A stretch of DNA of 64,000 bases from Antechinus flavipes (taxonomy: Eukaryota): NCBI RefSeq assembly GCF_016432865.1, contig NC_067400.1, positions 556,698,001 through 556,762,000 of the forward strand, read 5' to 3'. The position numbers and the translations under genes are program-made. Under the pieces are notes generated by a model, which saw only the letters and a program-made list of their open reading frames with translations, had not been told where the DNA came from and did no database searches. This document shows, in pieces, positions 62,966-64,000 of the stretch. The first letter of the stretch is position 1; each line of letters opens with the position of its first letter.

Positions 62966-63469
62966 TCAGCCCAGATATGCCTTGCTTTTCCACACTTGAT
63001 AAATTTCATGAGTTCTGCCTTGCCACTAGTGCTTCTCATAAAGACATTTCATGAATTCTTTCTTGTTATTAGTCCCTCTCATAAGGATTCTCATACACCT
63101 GAAACAAAAGCTGTATATAACACTTGGGACAAGTGGCTCAAAATTCACCTTCAGAGAGTAGTTATTATGATCCAAAATCTCAATCAGATTCAAAACCTAT
63201 GATTCTTCAATTGCTTTCTTATCTCATTCATGCCCTCCTCTTCTCTCTTCTCCTGATAATTTTATGATGATGGTAGTGGTGGTGGAGGAAGAGAGCAAGA
63301 ATAACTTTGGATCCAGTCCTATCAGAAGTTCTTAGTTTCTCTTTTTCATGACTATGCTATTCCTATTGTTTGCTATTTTTTCTTTAATGTTCATTTTCAT
63401 AACTTTCACTCATCATTTTCTACTCTGCTCATTTGCCCTCCCTCCTCCTAGAGGAGCAGAAACAAAACC

Positions 63470-63660
63470 GGTGGCAAGGAAGACTGGGGCTGGAGTCAAG
63501 AAGATCTGAATTAAAATACAGCTTCAGATATTTATTATTTGTATGATCCTGGGAAGTCATTTGACTGTTTGCTTCAATTTCCTATGCTGTAAAATGAAGA
63601 TGATAATAAAACTTGACTCATAGGATTGTTATGAGTCTCAAATGAGATATTTGGTGCCTG
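63470..63660 (+). mobile_element. MIR/CORE-SINE
   Basis: GGAGTCAAGAAGATCTGAA...CTGTAAAATGAAGATGATAATA. Confidence 0.7.
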
Positions 63661-64000
63661 ACTCATTATAGGGAATAATTTCCTTCCTCTTCCTAGACCA
63701 CTTTTCCTCACTAATTACTTTCTCCTAACTTCTGAAAAATGTAACATACTTGATGTATCTGGCCAATCCTTATATTCCCTTAGTACTAGTCACCCAACAT
63801 ATGATCTTGAGAATAGCCAGAATGCCATATAAAAATCAAGACAAATTTTGCTACCAGTTATAATGGCACAAAGTTATAATGAAATTGGAGGACAAAATAT
63901 GATATTATAGAATTGGATAAATTCATTTGGATATAATAACAAAAGATTAAGAATATCAAAGAAATTAATGAAAAAATGTGTGGGGTGTGTGTTTTCCTTT

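Noticed and set aside
1-64000. CRISPR arrays, tRNA/rRNA genes and the class I OR J element enhancer
   Set aside because: No repeat-spacer array; tRNA-like heads belong to SINEs; the J element is recalled to lie at a different end of the class I cluster and no dense homeodomain-O/E block was recognised

Overview
This is mammalian, AT-rich and CpG-depleted DNA from a class I olfactory receptor (OR51 family) cluster. The repeat content (WSINE1-type SINE, Mar1-type and RTE-type SINEs, marsupial-type L1) points to an Australian marsupial, probably a dasyurid such as the Tasmanian devil (inference). Five OR51 reading frames are open: two on the minus strand (5590-6534; 17360-18298, an OR51M1 orthologue) and three OR51J-like paralogues on the plus strand (33280-34224, 42892-43848, 58513-59490). 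The rest is L1, L2, L3/CR1, MIR/Mar1/WSINE1/RTE SINEs, ERV solo LTRs, hAT DNA-transposon relics, microsatellites and two assembly gaps. The strongest non-obvious signals are: (1) a consensus CTCF site with upstream motif, plus GATA/AP-1 motifs, 8.6 kb upstream of OR51M1, a candidate marsupial counterpart of the distal beta-globin domain anchor (mouse HS-62/human HS-111); (2) an in-frame upstream coding exon and 85-nt intron on the first OR; (3) a mosaic OR paralogue; (4) an exact 23-bp locally templated insertion inside an L1. Family names and synteny statements come from recall, not database searches, and repeat boundaries are approximate unless a TSD is quoted.
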